Of a DNA stretch of 55,902 bases, positions 1 to 10,438 are shown piece after piece. The notes under the pieces were generated by a model. That model made no database searches. It was not told the origin of the DNA and saw only the letters and a program-made list of their open reading frames with translations. The DNA is taken from sequence record SRR20825006_1472; one strand, 5' to 3'. Made by a program: the position numbers and the translations under genes. Position 1 is the stretch's first letter. Every line of letters begins with the position of its first letter.

Positions 1-26
1 TCAAAAAAGAACTGATACGGTTGATC

Positions 27-47
27 CCAATAGCGGACATTGGAACC
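27..47 (+). repeat. Copy A of a 21-bp direct repeat bracketing the polyol module
   Basis: CCAATAGCGGACATTGGAACC matches 9333-9353 at 18/21 positions. Confidence 0.55.
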
Positions 48-279
48 TGAGTTTTTTCCGAGGTTGCAACATTGCAAAAAGCGCGACAATTAAAAGTGGG
101 TGAAACCGTTAATGCAACACAAAAACCAGTAATTTGGGCGACAGAAAATAATTTCTGCAAATGAGTTTGTTCATCATTTTCTTGAACCCTCTAAGAAATG
201 GATACATTCTACGATTATGTCGTGGTGAGTTCGCTATGGTTGTTAGAAAAGGCCTCAGCCTTCGATTACTGGGACAGCC

Positions 280-1248
280 TCACCGGACATGATCTGGTTC
301 AGAAGTTTTTCTCGCAACCGAATTTAGCTCATCGTCCCATGGCGGATTGGCACCAGAGCGCGAAACCGTTTTGCCCGCAACTATCGTGCCATAGCAAAGC
401 GCCTGTTTAACAATTTGCGGCGTGAGCGAGCGGAGATAATTTTTGTTCAACACCTCAAACTCCGACAATTTGGCAAGCACCCCTGCGTTAAACGTATCGC
501 CGGCGCCAATGGTATCGACTACGTCGACTTTGTTGATTGGAACTTTTACATTTTCGCCAGACGAGAGGAAACCTGTCGCACCCTTTTCACCTTCAGTAAG
601 GATAACTAGCGAAACACCCTTGCTCAGTAGGCCGAGTGCTTTATCGTGAAGCGAACGCCGAGTCTCGTCAATCCAGCTCAAATCATCATCCGAAACCTTG
701 ACGATATCGGCAATCCTAAAGATGCGTTCCAATCGCCTCCTATAGTTTGCAGCATCCTCGATGAAATCCGGACGAATATTTGGGTCAAGGAAGACTGGCC
801 GTCCCTTACCTTCACGTTCCAGCAACCGGGTGTAAGCTTCACCGCTTGGCTCGCTGGCGAGGCTGATGCCACCGCAGTAAAGCACTGAAATGTCAGATGA
901 TATTGGGGGCATGTCGTGAGGAAGCAACATGCGCCCCGCTGAATTCTCGTCATAGAAAAAGTAATTTGCTTGACCTTTGTTCAGTTCAACAAAGGCCAAA
1001 GTTGTCGGGCGGTCGGTAAAGATCACATGAGAGGAGTTTACATTTGACATGCTGAGCCTCTCGCAAAGCATTTGACCAAATAAATCGGTAGACAACGCTG
1101 TGAGCATGCCGGTCTCCACACCAAGCCGTCCCAACGCTATTGCTGCATTAAAAACCGCCCCGCCAGCGCGAGGCGCGAAGGCTTGCTCACTAGATATCGT
1201 CGACAGCGGTATCATGTCGATTAATGCTTCTCCGCAACATAATATCAT
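280..1248 (-). CDS. PfkB-family carbohydrate kinase (probable fructokinase)
   Basis: N-terminal GEALID, GGAVFN, and C-terminal DTIGAGDTF PfkB signature; last gene of the polyol cluster, whose dehydrogenases yield fructose. Confidence 0.9.
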   Translation of the reverse strand: MILCCGEALIDMIPLSTISSEQAFAPRAGGAVFNAAIALGRLGVETGMLTALSTDLFGQMLCERLSMSNVNSSHVIFTDRPTTLAFVELNKGQANYFFYDENSAGRMLLPHDMPPISSDISVLYCGGISLASEPSGEAYTRLLEREGKGRPVFLDPNIRPDFIEDAANYRRRLERIFRIADIVKVSDDDLSWIDETRRSLHDKALGLLSKGVSLVILTEGEKGATGFLSSGENVKVPINKVDVVDTIGAGDTFNAGVLAKLSEFEVLNKNYLRSLTPQIVKQALCYGTIVAGKTVSRSGANPPWDDELNSVARKTSEPDHVR

Positions 1249-1455
1249 CTACTTATATCTCCATTGAACTTGCGATGGTTGGTGTTGAACTGCTCATTGC
1301 ATAAACCCAATCTTTGAGTAGACGAATATGAAATCATCGTATGCAATCTGCTATTCAGCCACCAACGCGCGCCGCGCTCTTCCTGATGTTGCATACCGAA
1401 TTTGCCCCGCTTAGGCACCCGAGGTGCAACTGTATGTCTCTAGAGAGGCCTTAGT

Positions 1456-2952
1456 TTAACCGCCAAGATAGGTGTTGATGGCGACGCCCAGCCCTTTGTC
1501 CCAAATTATGCCTAGCCAGCGGTCAAAGGCATCGGAGAATTCAGTGACGCCTCCCAAATTACCGTAATATTGCCGCTGGGCGAGCCACGCGGTAGGGTCG
1601 TTCTTGCTGCGAATTGCCGAAACCTGAAGGCTTTCCCAGTTTGGATCATTTGGCTCGATCACGCTGCCATCTTCCCTAGTGCCTTCACACATACGTGCCC
1701 ATGCGGCTTCAACCAACGCCAATCCCTCAAATGGGGTACCTTTTGCAATCGCATCACGAAGTGACGGCATTATAAACCCTGGATGTCGTGATGATCCGTC
1801 GAAAGCAACTCGCCGCGTCGTGTCTTCGATCCGAGGGTTGCTAAAACGATATATGAGCTGCTCGACATATTCAGCTGGGCTTTTTCCAGGAACTGGCTGG
1901 ACATGCGGTGCGATTTCTTCATTTGCTACCTTGCCAAACAGTAATGCGATTTTTTCGTGCGCCATACAGTCGGAGATGGTCTCGATTCCGAGCAGCTCAC
2001 CGACATTTGCGATGATCTGGTGACCACCGTTTAGCAGGCGAATTTTCATTACCTCGTAGTCGTGAACATCTTTTGTGATTGTAGCTCCAACTTTTTCCCA
2101 TGCAGGCCGACCCGCGCAGAAATCATCCTCAATCACCCATTGGCGGAACTCTTCATGGGTAACTGGAACCGCATCGTCGACGCCTATTTCTTGCGCCAGA
2201 CGCAGTTCTTTCGGGCCAGTGGCTGGCACAATGCAATCGACCATCGAATTGGGGAAACTGCAATTCGCATCAATCCAATCAGCCAAATCGGGATCAGAAA
2301 GCCGTGCTAGCGACACCACAGTTTGACGCAAAATTTCACCATTTCCCTGCAAATTGTCACAGGACATGCCGGTAAACGGACCTGTTTCTTGTTTGCGGCG
2401 TGCCTTGAGTGCAGCGACCATGGCGCCAAATGCGGTCATTGGCCGGTCAGGATTGGCCACATCATGGAGAATATCGGGGTGACTGGCGTCAAACCCCTTT
2501 GTCGCTGGGTCAATGTAATATCCGCCCTCGGTCACGGTGAGCGACACAATCCTAATGTCAGGTTGACTCATCCGCTCGATCAGACCGGCATTATGCGTCT
2601 CGATAGGCACGTAGTCGATCATTGAACCGATCACCTCGGCCGAATTGCCAGACGGAACCAGCTCGATCAACGTTGTTAGGTAGTCCTGAGTCTCCATTTT
2701 CTTGCGTTGGTTTTCATCAAATGGACGAATACCGGCACCGACAATTGCCCAATCGAGGGCATCACCTCCCTGCATCAGCCTGTGCAAGTACCATGCCTGA
2801 TGCGCGCGGTGAAAGTTGCCTACGCCAATATGTAAAATGCCAGCACTTAGCTCGACACGATCATAATGAGGTCGCAGGACAGTCTTGGGTATATTGGGCA
2901 GCGTTACGTTATTAAGCTTCACCATTAGGGATTCCGACAAACGTTTCTCCAT
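1456..2952 (-). CDS. mtlK: Mannitol 2-dehydrogenase (long-chain MDH family)
   Basis: HIGVGNFHRAHQA, SLTVTEGGY, SCDN, FPNSMVDCIVP and K-RLLNGGH motifs; start uncertain (ATG 2952 overlapping the upstream stop, or ATG 2925). Confidence 0.9.
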   Translation of the reverse strand: MEKRLSESLMVKLNNVTLPNIPKTVLRPHYDRVELSAGILHIGVGNFHRAHQAWYLHRLMQGGDALDWAIVGAGIRPFDENQRKKMETQDYLTTLIELVPSGNSAEVIGSMIDYVPIETHNAGLIERMSQPDIRIVSLTVTEGGYYIDPATKGFDASHPDILHDVANPDRPMTAFGAMVAALKARRKQETGPFTGMSCDNLQGNGEILRQTVVSLARLSDPDLADWIDANCSFPNSMVDCIVPATGPKELRLAQEIGVDDAVPVTHEEFRQWVIEDDFCAGRPAWEKVGATITKDVHDYEVMKIRLLNGGHQIIANVGELLGIETISDCMAHEKIALLFGKVANEEIAPHVQPVPGKSPAEYVEQLIYRFSNPRIEDTTRRVAFDGSSRHPGFIMPSLRDAIAKGTPFEGLALVEAAWARMCEGTREDGSVIEPNDPNWESLQVSAIRSKNDPTAWLAQRQYYGNLGGVTEFSDAFDRWLGIIWDKGLGVAINTYLGG

Positions 2953-3725
2953 CAGCTCAACCATTGTCCGCCGTCTACATTGTAGGTTTGTGCGACGATG
3001 TAGTTGCTTTCGCTACTTGCGAGGAAAACCGCCATGCCTGTCAGGTCATCGGCCACGCCCATGCGACCAAAGGGAACTGCTTCGCCGACCTCTTTTTTCT
3101 TTTGCCCCGGGCGCTTGCCCTCATGTTTTGCAAAAAAAGCGTCCACGCCGTCCCAATGTTCGCCGTCGACCACGCCGGGGGCGATGGCGTTCACATTGAT
3201 CCCATGTGCAACTAAATTGAGACCCGCCGATTGCGTCAGGCTAATCACTGCCGCCTTGGACGCACAATAGACGGCGACAAGCGGTTCGCCACGCCGACCC
3301 GCCTGGCTGGCCATATTGATGATCTTTCCGCCCTGCCCGCGTTCGATCATGTGGCGCGCCACGGCCTGCATGGTGAATAGGGTGCCTGCGACATTGATGT
3401 CAAAGATAGTGTCGAAATCCGCGCGCGTGATATCAACAATTGGAGCGGCGGTAAACAAAGCCGCATTGTTAACTAGAATATCTATCTGCCCTAATTTTTC
3501 GACAGTTTCCGCCACAGCGGCGTTGATACTTTCCTGCTGGCTCACATCCATTTCGACTGCAATTGCTGTCTTTCCAATCTGGGCCACTGTCTTTTGGGCG
3601 CGGTCCATATCAATATCGGCGATTGCAACGCTCGCACCTTCGCGCGCATAAGCCTGAGCAAATGCACACCCGATACCTCGTGCGGCGCCAGTGATCAGAG
3701 CTGTTTTTCCCTTTAATCGCATCAT
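2952..3725 (-). CDS. smoS: Sorbitol (L-iditol) dehydrogenase, SDR family
   Basis: [17 protein letters not shown] catalytic motif, ASQAGRRGE, and C-terminal QTYNVDGG typical of SmoS/PolS. Confidence 0.9.
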   Translation of the reverse strand: MMRLKGKTALITGAARGIGCAFAQAYAREGASVAIADIDMDRAQKTVAQIGKTAIAVEMDVSQQESINAAVAETVEKLGQIDILVNNAALFTAAPIVDITRADFDTIFDINVAGTLFTMQAVARHMIERGQGGKIINMASQAGRRGEPLVAVYCASKAAVISLTQSAGLNLVAHGINVNAIAPGVVDGEHWDGVDAFFAKHEGKRPGQKKKEVGEAVPFGRMGVADDLTGMAVFLASSESNYIVAQTYNVDGGQWLS

Positions 3726-4726
3726 TTGATCGCTTGTCCGTTTTGATCAAACCGATGCAATTTCTTCATATCGGGCGTCAGAAATACCGTGGCGCCGTAT
3801 GCGAGTTCAAGGTCACCGTCAGCACGCACCGTAAGCGGCTCATCCGATCCATCGAAATGCACATGCACAAACGTATCTGACCCAAGATGTTCGGAGACGC
3901 CAACAACCCCCTCCCATTCACCACCAGCTGCCGAAATTGACAAATGCTCAGGGCGGATGCCGATGGTATGCGCTTCATAATTTGCAGCAATTGTGCCGGA
4001 GAGAAGGTTCATCTTAGGCGAACCAATAAAGCCCGCAACGAAGGTATTGCATGGGTTATTGTAAAGCTCGAGTGGGCTCCCAACCTGTTCAATTACGCCT
4101 GACTGTAATACGACGATTTTGTCCGCCATGGTCATGGCTTCGACTTGGTCGTGTGTGACGTAAATCATCGTAGTGCCCATTTGCTTATGCATTTCGCTGA
4201 TTTCCAACCGCATGCCAACACGAAGTGCTGCATCCAAGTTCGAAAGCGGTTCGTCAAACAGGAAGGCCGAAGGATCTCGAACAATCGCCCGTCCAATCGC
4301 TACCCTTTGACGTTGCCCCCCCGAAAGTTGCCCTGGTTTCCGGTCTAGATAGTCGTTTAGGTTCAGTGAGGTTGAAGCAGCGTCGACACGCTTGTCGATT
4401 TCCGCCTGATCCATCCCTGACATCCGTAGGGGGAAAGCAATGTTCTTGCGTACCGACATATGGGGGTAAAGCGCATAGGTTTGAAACACCATTGCGAGGC
4501 CGCGTTTAGAAGGCGTGACTTCGGTGACGTCTTCACCATCAATAATCACTTTGCCAGACGTCGTGTTTTCCAGGCCAGCAATCAAACGCAGCAAGGTTGA
4601 CTTCCCGCAACCGGAGGGGCCAACGAAAACGACGAACTCACCATCCTCGATGGATAAGTTAAGAGGTGGAATGACTTCAGTATCGCCAAATGATTTGGTG
4701 ACATTTTCAAGTTTGATGCTTCCCAT
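3722..4726 (-). CDS. smoK: Polyol/sugar ABC transporter ATP-binding subunit
   Basis: GPSGCGKST Walker A, LSGGQRQR signature, [13 protein letters not shown]-terminal TOBE-like region. Confidence 0.9.
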   Translation of the reverse strand: MGSIKLENVTKSFGDTEVIPPLNLSIEDGEFVVFVGPSGCGKSTLLRLIAGLENTTSGKVIIDGEDVTEVTPSKRGLAMVFQTYALYPHMSVRKNIAFPLRMSGMDQAEIDKRVDAASTSLNLNDYLDRKPGQLSGGQRQRVAIGRAIVRDPSAFLFDEPLSNLDAALRVGMRLEISEMHKQMGTTMIYVTHDQVEAMTMADKIVVLQSGVIEQVGSPLELYNNPCNTFVAGFIGSPKMNLLSGTIAANYEAHTIGIRPEHLSISAAGGEWEGVVGVSEHLGSDTFVHVHFDGSDEPLTVRADGDLELAYGATVFLTPDMKKLHRFDQNGQAIK

Positions 4727-4735
4727 TTCAATATC

Positions 4736-5572
4736 CTATTTCACAGCGCCAAAGGTCAGACCCCGGACCAATTGTTTTTGACAGAACCAGCCGAGCACCA
4801 CGATGGGTCCAATTGCGGCGGTAGAAACAGCGGAAAGACGACCAAAAAACAGCCCCTCCGGCGCGCGGTTGCCCTCGATTAGACTAGAAAGCGTAGCCGC
4901 GTCCGTTGTGGTCAACCTCACGGTCCAATAGGCCTCGTTCCAACAAAAAATAAATGTCAGTAGTGCGGTTGACGCGATGCCGCCCCATGCTAGCGGGATC
5001 AAAATCTCCTTGATTTCACCCCACATGTTCACCCCATCCATCTTACTGGCCTCGATGATTTCTTTCGGGATTTCCTTGAAATAGGAGAACAGCATCCAAA
5101 TAACAATCGGTAAGTTGACCAACATCAGCACAACAATTACGAGGAATTTTGTGTCATAGATTCCGAGAAAATTCTTGGTCAGGAACGTCATGGGGTAGAG
5201 AACTGCCGCCGCGGGCAACATCTTTGTGGACAGCATCCACATCAACACATCCTTGGTGGCGCGGCTCGGGTCGAACGCCATGGCATAGGCACAAGGTATG
5301 CCGACGACCAGCGCAAAGATTGTAGCGAACACCGAGGTGATGATCGAGTTGCCCGCAAAGCGCCAATAACTATAGTTATCGACCATATTTGCGTAATTCT
5401 CGAGCGTGGGGGTGAAGGTAAAGAGGAATTCCGGTTTCACTGCATCCGCGTCTGTCTTGAAGCTGGTGAAAACCAGCCAAAAAATCGGGAAGAACACGAT
5501 GATCGCCGTAACCCAGGCCATTATAGGCCAGAATATGCGGGAGAATCTGGATTGCTCTGCTACGATTGCCAT
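4736..5572 (-). CDS. smoG: Carbohydrate ABC transporter permease
   Basis: Multiple TM helices, EIIEASKMDG (EAA loop), C-terminal QKQLVRGLTFGAVK. Confidence 0.85.
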   Translation of the reverse strand: MAIVAEQSRFSRIFWPIMAWVTAIIVFFPIFWLVFTSFKTDADAVKPEFLFTFTPTLENYANMVDNYSYWRFAGNSIITSVFATIFALVVGIPCAYAMAFDPSRATKDVLMWMLSTKMLPAAAVLYPMTFLTKNFLGIYDTKFLVIVVLMLVNLPIVIWMLFSYFKEIPKEIIEASKMDGVNMWGEIKEILIPLAWGGIASTALLTFIFCWNEAYWTVRLTTTDAATLSSLIEGNRAPEGLFFGRLSAVSTAAIGPIVVLGWFCQKQLVRGLTFGAVK

Positions 5573-5577
5573 TTTCC

Positions 5578-6516
5578 CTACTCCATCAATGACTTGCTGA
5601 TCATTCTTAGAAGGAAGATCGCAAGGATATTGGCCAAAATAACCGCAAAGATGCCTGTCGCACTTGCAGCACCGATATTGTTAGTTGCCATTTCGCCGAT
5701 GAGATAAGGCAGGTTTTTGTTCCCGTTCCCGCGACTAACGATTTCGATTTCGGCATAAAGCGAGAGATGGAAAATCGCTTGAATCATCACCACAATCGAC
5801 ATTGGGCGCGCTAAATGTGGCAAGGTGAGAAAGCGGAACATTGACCATTTTCCTGCACCATCAAGGATCGCAGCTTCTTTCTGCTGCTGATCCTCTGATT
5901 GGAGCGATGTCATAAAAATAAGCACAGCAAAGGGCGTCCATTGCCAAGTCACCATCATGATCACCGCAATGGCAGACGTCTGCGAAGCGCGAAATGAAAT
6001 AGGTTCAAGTTTTGGCCAGAGTGAAAAGAACCATCCCACAAGCGGGGCATCTTGCATGCTGGCAACCATCTCATTAAGTCCACTTACAGCGATACCTTGC
6101 AAGCCGAGGACGGGATCAAGGATCATATTGATCCACAACACCGCATTCACCGCCGGCATAACAAAGAATGGCGAAATCAGCATAACCCTAACGATGCCCC
6201 TGCCCGGAAACGCCCTATTGACCAGCATTGCGATTGCCAAGCCAAAGACTACTGTTAAGGCGATAATCGATGTGACGATAAAAACTGAATTGTAAATTGC
6301 CAGCCAGAACCCGTCATTGTTCCAGACAAACACATAGTTTCCAAATCCACGCCAGTTCTCTATGCTGGGGCTAGTCCACTCTGGACGGTTTAAGCTCGCC
6401 AGAACATAGCGGATGAATGAAAAGAACAATGTCATACTAAGCGGCACAAGCATCCAAACTAAAAGCAGGATCACCGCCGGCGCCTGCAATAGACGCGAAA
6501 GCTTTCTGTCAGCCAT
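5578..6516 (-). CDS. smoF: Carbohydrate ABC transporter permease
   Basis: TM helices, WQWTPF, EAAILDGA loop; start placed at MADRK. Confidence 0.85.
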   Translation of the reverse strand: MADRKLSRLLQAPAVILLLVWMLVPLSMTLFFSFIRYVLASLNRPEWTSPSIENWRGFGNYVFVWNNDGFWLAIYNSVFIVTSIIALTVVFGLAIAMLVNRAFPGRGIVRVMLISPFFVMPAVNAVLWINMILDPVLGLQGIAVSGLNEMVASMQDAPLVGWFFSLWPKLEPISFRASQTSAIAVIMMVTWQWTPFAVLIFMTSLQSEDQQQKEAAILDGAGKWSMFRFLTLPHLARPMSIVVMIQAIFHLSLYAEIEIVSRGNGNKNLPYLIGEMATNNIGAASATGIFAVILANILAIFLLRMISKSLME

Positions 6517-6634
6517 TGGCTTACCCTTCACAATTCAGTGTTCTTTTAAGTTCATTTTCACTGCGTCGCTTGTCAAGCAGCCTTGGCTTGCGCCAAGGTC
6601 GCTGGAGAGACAATGCGTCGTGTTTTGCGGACGA

Positions 6635-6657
6635 AGGGCCCAGAAGAATTGGGCCCC
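6635..6657 (-). terminator. Stem-loop just downstream of the binding-protein gene (partial terminator or mRNA stabiliser)
   Basis: GGGCCCA-N7-TGGGCCC inverted repeat in the smoE-smoF spacer. Confidence 0.45.
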
Positions 6658-6679
6658 TCTTTCAAGTGGTGGGCACCAC

Positions 6680-7963
6680 TTACTCGTAGTAGCCTGCTTC
6701 TTTCATGATTGCGTCTGCTGCTGACTGCGCGTCAGCCAAAGCTTGATCTACAGATTTGGCACCGGTCAGAGCGGCAGCCATTTCTTGAGCCACAGCAGAT
6801 CCAACCTGCGGGAATTCGGGGATTGCCGCAAATTGCACACCAACATATGGTTTTAGATCAGTTGCCTCGGGCGCTGCGGATTTCAGTGCCGCCATTTCAG
6901 CTTCAGCAAAGTCCGCTGCTGCCAAGAAGTTTTGGTTGGCATATGTCGAAACACGGGTACCGGTTGGCACCGAACCCCAGCCGAATTCTGGGTGATTTCC
7001 CACAGCTTCAATGTAATCTTTGGAAGTTGCCCATTCGATAAACTTTTTGGCCTCATCAGCGTTCGGCGAACCTGCGGGCACAGCCATCGCCCACGCCCAC
7101 AACCAATTTGCACCAACAGGGTTGCCAGCATTGGGTGATTGCGCATATGCAACACCGTCAACTTCGAGGAACGAAGCCGCGATGGTGGCATCAATCCACA
7201 TCCCGCACTTGCCTTCATTGTAAAGCGCGAGAATCTCGTTGAATGAATTGCCTTCTGAACCTGGAGGGCCATATGTGCCGAGCAGATCAACATAGAAATT
7301 GATTGCGGCTTTCCATTTGTCTGAATCAATGGTTGGACGCATGTCTTTGTCAAACCACGCACCACCAAATGAATTCACGACGGTAGTAATGAACGCCATA
7401 TTGTCGCCCCAACCAGGCTTGCCACGCAAGCAAACACCATAAATCCCTTTGTCTTCATCATGAATGGCTGCCGCGACGGCTTTGATGTTATCCCAACTAT
7501 CATTGTCGGAAATAGTAACACCCGCTGCGTCGGTTAAGTCCTTGCGGTACATTACCATTGAAGATTCGCCATAAAACGGCGCAGCATAAAGAGTACCATC
7601 GTGTGACAAGCCGTTTCGGATCGGCTTCAACATGTCATCAATGTCATATGAGTCACTGAATTCAAGTGGTTCGATCCAGCCTGCACGCCCCCAAATTGGA
7701 GCTTCTTGCATGCCGATATTGATGATGTCGTACTGACCACCACCAGTTGCAGTGTCAGAAGTTACCTGCTCGCGCAGTACGCCCTCCTCCAATGAAACCC
7801 AATTCAATTCAACACCGGTTTCTTTGGTGTAGGCTTGAGCAACGGTTTGCATGTTGATCATATGCCCGTTGTTCACGATGGCAATGGTGAGTTCTTGAGC
7901 TTGCGCCGCAGATGCGACCAAGCCAATAGCGGTTGCAGCGCAAAGCGCTTTTCTAAAATTCAT
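6680..7963 (-). CDS. smoE: Polyol ABC transporter periplasmic binding protein
   Basis: Signal peptide MNFRKALCAAT..AQA after a GGAGG RBS; LTIAIVNNGHM, LRGKPGWGDNMA and WLWAW motifs. Confidence 0.9.
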   Translation of the reverse strand: MNFRKALCAATAIGLVASAAQAQELTIAIVNNGHMINMQTVAQAYTKETGVELNWVSLEEGVLREQVTSDTATGGGQYDIINIGMQEAPIWGRAGWIEPLEFSDSYDIDDMLKPIRNGLSHDGTLYAAPFYGESSMVMYRKDLTDAAGVTISDNDSWDNIKAVAAAIHDEDKGIYGVCLRGKPGWGDNMAFITTVVNSFGGAWFDKDMRPTIDSDKWKAAINFYVDLLGTYGPPGSEGNSFNEILALYNEGKCGMWIDATIAASFLEVDGVAYAQSPNAGNPVGANWLWAWAMAVPAGSPNADEAKKFIEWATSKDYIEAVGNHPEFGWGSVPTGTRVSTYANQNFLAAADFAEAEMAALKSAAPEATDLKPYVGVQFAAIPEFPQVGSAVAQEMAAALTGAKSVDQALADAQSAADAIMKEAGYYE

Positions 7964-8048
7964 ATTTTCCTCCCGTGAAATTGTCACTTCAATAGCGACA
8001 ACACAGGAGAAAGCGTAGACATAAACACTACGGCTGTCAATATAATAT

Positions 8049-8062
8049 TTTACGCGCGTAAA
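8049..8062. promoter_or_regulatory. Probable LacI-family operator of the polyol operon
   Basis: Perfect palindrome TTTACGCGCGTAAA with central CG upstream of smoE; degenerate copy TTATCGCGCGGAAA at 9168-9181 upstream of the regulator gene. Confidence 0.65.
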
Positions 8063-8093
8063 TTATTTAGCGAAAAGCTTTAAGTTCAGAAGG

Positions 8094-9125
8094 TTATGCG
8101 GATGCACGCATGATCAATTGACCATCAAACAGTACAGTCTTTCCAGTGCTGCCAAGCTCCTGCCCTTCGATCAGCTCAAGTAGAATTTCGACACTACGGG
8201 TGGTTATGCCGGTATAATCTTGGGATATGGTCGTGAGCGTGGGACACGTAAAGCTCGAAAATGGATGATTGTCGTGCCCAGCCACACGTAATGCACAGTC
8301 GTCACTGAGTCCGACGCGTAACCCAAGCTCATAAGCTGCAGCTAAAAACCCAATCGCCAAACGATCATTCGAACAAAAGATCGTATTGGTCGCAAAAGCC
8401 TTATCAATCAGTGCTTGTCGACCTTCGCGAAAACCTATTTCTTCGAGCCGCCACCCTTCACCGTTCGCTTGAACGATATGCGGCGTGTGACCCATTTTTT
8501 CCATGATTTCAATATAAGCCTTTCGGCGTTTATTTGCGTTTGGATTCGGTGGACTTCGCATTTCAAAAAATACCGGAGGCTCGCCACTTCTCACCAGATA
8601 CTCCAACATTACCTCCGTAGCCTGAGCATTGTCGTGCCCTACAAAGGCATCCCCTGCACCTTCAAAATTTGCATCAAAACTTACGGTGGGTACATCAGCA
8701 CAAAAAGCCTCGATCACCGCGCGGTCAGAAGCCCGCCCTAGCGGCGCGAGCAGAACGCCAGCAGGCTTGATCGATCTAAGTGAAGCCAAGTTATCTTTTT
8801 CCAATTCTGGCTGACCATGCGAGCTAAGCAGAATTGGCTGGAAGCCAGCGGCAATAACCAAAGTTTCGATCCTGCGAGCCATCTCAGCGAAGAATGGGTC
8901 CGCCAAATAAGGCACGACAATGCCAACATTCTTTGTCAGTTTTCGGTTTTGATTGATCGCAAAAATATTCGGCCGATAATCACACCGCGCGAGCGACCTT
9001 TCGATTTTGTCACGGGTTTTAGGGCGAACACTCTCGGGATCGTTGAAATATTTTGATATTGTGGGCCTTGATACTCCACTGAAATCCGCAAACTCTTCCA
9101 TATTCTGGATTTTAGGTTTACCCAT
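8094..9125 (-). CDS. LacI-family transcriptional regulator
   Basis: N-terminal HTH (MEEFADFSGVSRPTISKYFN..V...TR), YRPN hinge, periplasmic-binding-protein-like effector domain. Confidence 0.9.
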   Translation of the reverse strand: MGKPKIQNMEEFADFSGVSRPTISKYFNDPESVRPKTRDKIERSLARCDYRPNIFAINQNRKLTKNVGIVVPYLADPFFAEMARRIETLVIAAGFQPILLSSHGQPELEKDNLASLRSIKPAGVLLAPLGRASDRAVIEAFCADVPTVSFDANFEGAGDAFVGHDNAQATEVMLEYLVRSGEPPVFFEMRSPPNPNANKRRKAYIEIMEKMGHTPHIVQANGEGWRLEEIGFREGRQALIDKAFATNTIFCSNDRLAIGFLAAAYELGLRVGLSDDCALRVAGHDNHPFSSFTCPTLTTISQDYTGITTRSVEILLELIEGQELGSTGKTVLFDGQLIMRASA

Positions 9126-9332
9126 TGCGCAACGCCTCTTCAAAGTTTACCTAATTTTTACATTTTCTTATCGCGCGGAAAAGATCAACGATTATTTGCC
9201 CCTGAATTGTTGTCATTACTTGGAAACGGCGACAGAGCAACAGCTCCACTCTACGTTGTATGAAACCTAAACCAATATGCGGAATTCAACCCTAATTCCT
9301 CAGTAGAGGCTTGGTTGCATTTCAAAAAAATT

Positions 9333-9353
9333 CCAAAAGCTGACATTGGAGCC
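9333..9353 (+). repeat. Copy B of the 21-bp direct repeat
   Basis: CCAAAAGCTGACATTGGAGCC; a weaker copy CTCAAAGCAGACCTTCG follows at 9369-9385. Confidence 0.55.
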
Positions 9354-9493
9354 GTTTGATTTGAGTTCCTCAAAGCAGACCTTCGTCGGGCGCGTTGCCA
9401 GGTTTAGATTAAGGATAGCCCAAGGAAATCTAAACTCATCCCGAAATGGCGGTGGCTAGGCTATGCTTTGAGAGTCTTGACGATACGTACCAA

Positions 9494-10075
9494 CTACGAC
9501 ATCAAGTCCAATATGGCTTGTTCAAGCCGCCTATTTTTACCGTGAAAACTAGTAATCATTGCCTGCATGAAAATGTCAGGAACAATTTGGTCTTCGTTCA
9601 TGGTGAAGCCTGAATTGTTTAGAAGAATATCGAGCAGCGTAAGCTGGCAGCGCCCATTGCCTTCTCTGAAGGGGTGAATGGCGTTGACTTCAGCAATGTA
9701 GTACGCAGCACGCTCCGCAAAATGTGTTGGATCAGAAAGCCCGGCTAGGTGTTCTTCATTGTTGAGCTGTCTAAAAATATTAGTCATTTCGCCATCAATA
9801 TACTCGGGAAAGCAAAACCAGTTTCCACCTTTTCCAGTTCTGATTTGGCGGGATTGACCAGCCCAATCATATACATCCTGGAAAAAATGATGATGAATGC
9901 GCTTGTAATGCTCATAGTCGAAGTTACCGGTGGGTAGCGGTTCTTCCGCCCGCGTCAAATACATTAGTTGCTCAAATTGATCGAGCTCATCCTGATCGCG
10001 AAGGCCGGCCTTGTTTTTAAGAACTTGTGTACCCGGATAGCAAAGAGGATCTTCAGTTGCGCTATAGCGACTCAT
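9494..10075 (-). CDS. Class I Fic-domain toxin (FicT/VbhT-like)
   Basis: CYPGTQVLKN N-terminus, HPFREGNGR Fic motif; start overlaps the stop of a small upstream gene. Confidence 0.88.
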   Translation of the reverse strand: MSRYSATEDPLCYPGTQVLKNKAGLRDQDELDQFEQLMYLTRAEEPLPTGNFDYEHYKRIHHHFFQDVYDWAGQSRQIRTGKGGNWFCFPEYIDGEMTNIFRQLNNEEHLAGLSDPTHFAERAAYYIAEVNAIHPFREGNGRCQLTLLDILLNNSGFTMNEDQIVPDIFMQAMITSFHGKNRRLEQAILDLMS

Positions 10076-10290
10076 TAGCCCTGCTTGGTGGCAAACGAAC
10101 TAATGATTTCTTTGCGCAACGCATCACCTTTAAGCCCGCGGCGCTCCAGCCGCGAGATCAGGTCGCGAGAATCTGAATTCAAAGACATACCTTCGACCAA
10201 GGCGAATTTTGAAGCTTTCGCTTTGCCGAGGTTGGTTTGGATAAACCGCCCTGTAGATGCTTCGCGTTGTGTTTTTACGATCTTGCTCAT
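10075..10290 (-). CDS. Small protein, probable Fic antitoxin
   Basis: 71 aa, AGT-TCTCCT context upstream, translationally coupled (TAATG) to the Fic gene, contains ALVEG resembling the (S/T)xxxE(G/N) inhibitory motif. Confidence 0.6.
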   Translation of the reverse strand: MSKIVKTQREASTGRFIQTNLGKAKASKFALVEGMSLNSDSRDLISRLERRGLKGDALRKEIISSFATKQG

Positions 10291-10438
10291 AGGAGAACTT
10301 TACCACAATTTCGCAATTAAACGCAAAGGGATTAGCTGCACCCTGTCCCCAATTTGCCAATTGCATCATCACAGTGAGATAATAGGTTGCTAAATTTCGG
10401 AGTGCTGTGGTTGGAGGGTATGGTGAAAAGGACCTGTC

